From Fibrobacterota bacterium (GTDB taxonomy: Bacteria; Fibrobacterota; Fibrobacteria; UBA11236): a DNA stretch of 64,000 nt. The position numbers and the translations under genes were made by a program. The DNA lies in contig JAQBPN010000014.1 of the NCBI GenBank assembly GCA_028287505.1, positions 2,648 to 66,647 on the forward strand. The letters are read 5' to 3'. Below are positions 62,951 through 64,000 of the stretch, one piece after another (positions within the stretch are counted from its first letter, which is position 1; every line of letters starts with the position of its first letter). A model generated the notes under the pieces. It worked only from the letters and a program-made list of their open reading frames with translations, was not told where the DNA came from and searched no databases.

Positions 62951-64000
62951 TCAATTACCCGGAACGATCATGGGTTCGAACTTGAAGACATTGCGGCTCT
63001 TGGGATGCACGGTCGCGCGTACCCAATGGACGTTGGTCTCGCCGAAGGTCTGCACGCGGGTGATGTTCGCCACCAGGTGGGTCGGATCCAGGAGGGGCTT
63101 GTCGATCTTGAAGTAGTGGGTGTCGCCGTGCACCAGGGCGATCTCCCCGTCGAAGTTGGCGGCTTCGGTCACCAGGCGGGCGAGCAAATCGTTGTAGCCG
63201 TCGATGTTGGGGTTGGTCAGGCGCTCATTGACGGTTTCGGTTTCCGGCCAGTCGAAGCCGGGGTCCGCCTGGATGACGATCATCAGGCCGGGCGAGCCAT
63301 GGGCTTTGGCGACCTCGAAGGATTCGCTCAGCCAGGCGAGGTTCTGGGCATTGCGCTGGGCATACTCGGCGTTGTCGGCGATGCAGTCGGCGTCCGTGCG
63401 GGCGCTTTTCGAGCTCAGGCATTGGCCCGCGTTCACCTTGTTGTTGTCGCTGCCGGGGACGTTCAGTCCCACGAAATAGACTCCTTCTTTGCTCCAGCGG
63501 GTGTTTTCGCTGTAGGCCTGGCCCAATGCGCCCTGGCGCTCCAATTTCATCTTGTGCTGCCCGAAGCTGAACCGGCTGTTGTGCATGGTCCGGCGGACGT
63601 AATCCAGCCGTTCCAGGGCGTTATAGCTCCCATTGTTGGTCCTATGGCAATCGGTCCATTCGTTGTCCCCGGGAACGTAGACCACGGGCGCCACGAAGCT
63701 GTTGAAAAGCCTGGTCGGGTCCGTGCTGAGGGCCGCGTCCGTGCACAGGGAGCTTCCGTCCTTGGTGTCACCGTCGAAGATGCTGAACTCCAGGTCCGCA
63801 TTGTTCATGTCTTTGATCAGGGCTTGCATCTTGGGTCCGTCCGCGCCGCCGTATCCGATTTTCGCGTAGGGAAGGTCCCCCCACAGGCCGACTTGAAATC
63901 CCTGGCGGTTGTTGTGATCGTCATGTTCCTTCGCGGATACGGGGCCGTGGAACAGGATCAGACCCGCCAGGGTTCCAAGAACGGGCAGGCTTGCCTTGGG
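62951..64000 (-). CDS. Secreted calcineurin-like metallophosphoesterase, 5' end beyond the window
   Basis: The frame stays open from 63829 to nt 64000, where it encodes a signal-peptide-like LPVLGTLAGLILFHGPVSA and then GLWGDLPY. Downstream motifs are FDGDTKDG, VPGDNEWTDC and ALVHGDTHY. Confidence 0.75.
   Translation of the reverse strand, partial: PKASLPVLGTLAGLILFHGPVSAKEHDDHNNRQGFQVGLWGDLPYAKIGYGGADGPKMQALIKDMNNADLEFSIFDGDTKDGSSLCTDAALSTDPTRLFNSFVAPVVYVPGDNEWTDCHRTNNGSYNALERLDYVRRTMHNSRFSFGQHKMKLERQGALGQAYSENTRWSKEGVYFVGLNVPGSDNNKVNAGQCLSSKSARTDADCIADNAEYAQRNAQNLAWLSESFEVAKAHGSPGLMIVIQADPGFDWPETETVNERLTNPNIDGYNDLLARLVTEAANFDGEIALVHGDTHYFKIDKPLLDPTHLVANITRVQTFGETNVHWVRATVHPKSRNVFKFEPMIVPGN

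Overview
High-GC (clearly >60% G+C by eye, not computed) bacterial chromosomal window. It is probably from an FCB-group or Fibrobacterota-like organism: it carries a TIGR02147/DUF4423-type gene and many secreted proteins ending in T9SS-type C-terminal sorting domains. I support about 39 protein genes and found no rRNA, tRNA, CRISPR array, transposase or integrase. Most long ORFs antisense to these genes are GC-driven artefacts.

nt 1-45.5 kb looks core-like. It holds a >2,700-aa DUF2341/LamG/beta-helix surface protein, an esterase and a beta-helix/discoidin protein. Next comes a four-gene coupled operon (TIGR02147 protein, DUF2341-LamG lipoprotein, sugar-dehydrogenase-like propeller, DUF1080). 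It is followed by a PepSY-like/OmpR/histidine-kinase module, a BON protein and a Prs-like enzyme. Further on are a 1,376-aa CheB-CheR-PAS-HK-REC hybrid, a metzincin lipoprotein, an alpha/beta hydrolase and a 1,310-aa surface protein. The section ends with a CMAS methyltransferase plus S51 peptidase, an RND pump (adaptor + permease), an HTTM gene pair and a DGPF/ECF42-type sigma pair.

nt ~45.5-57.65 kb is a compositionally mosaic accessory island. It starts with a class-2 OLD nuclease + UvrD-like helicase (Gabija-like) pair and a 0.7-kb decayed spacer. Then comes a strikingly AT-rich four-gene cassette: a YiiX-like permuted papain peptidase fusion, a small protein, a 2-TM protein and a Zn-ribbon/DUF4145 protein. 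The island closes with a 3.3-kb cassette (TM protein, TetR, cupin, orphan receiver, broken OB-fold gene) bracketed by ~135-bp imperfect direct repeats. The second repeat supplies the promoter region and first 11 codons of the downstream 8x FN3-like T9SS cargo gene.

The AT-rich cassette next to the Gabija-like pair is my best candidate for an undescribed (defence-type) system. All domain calls are made by eye from motifs and need HMM or structure confirmation.
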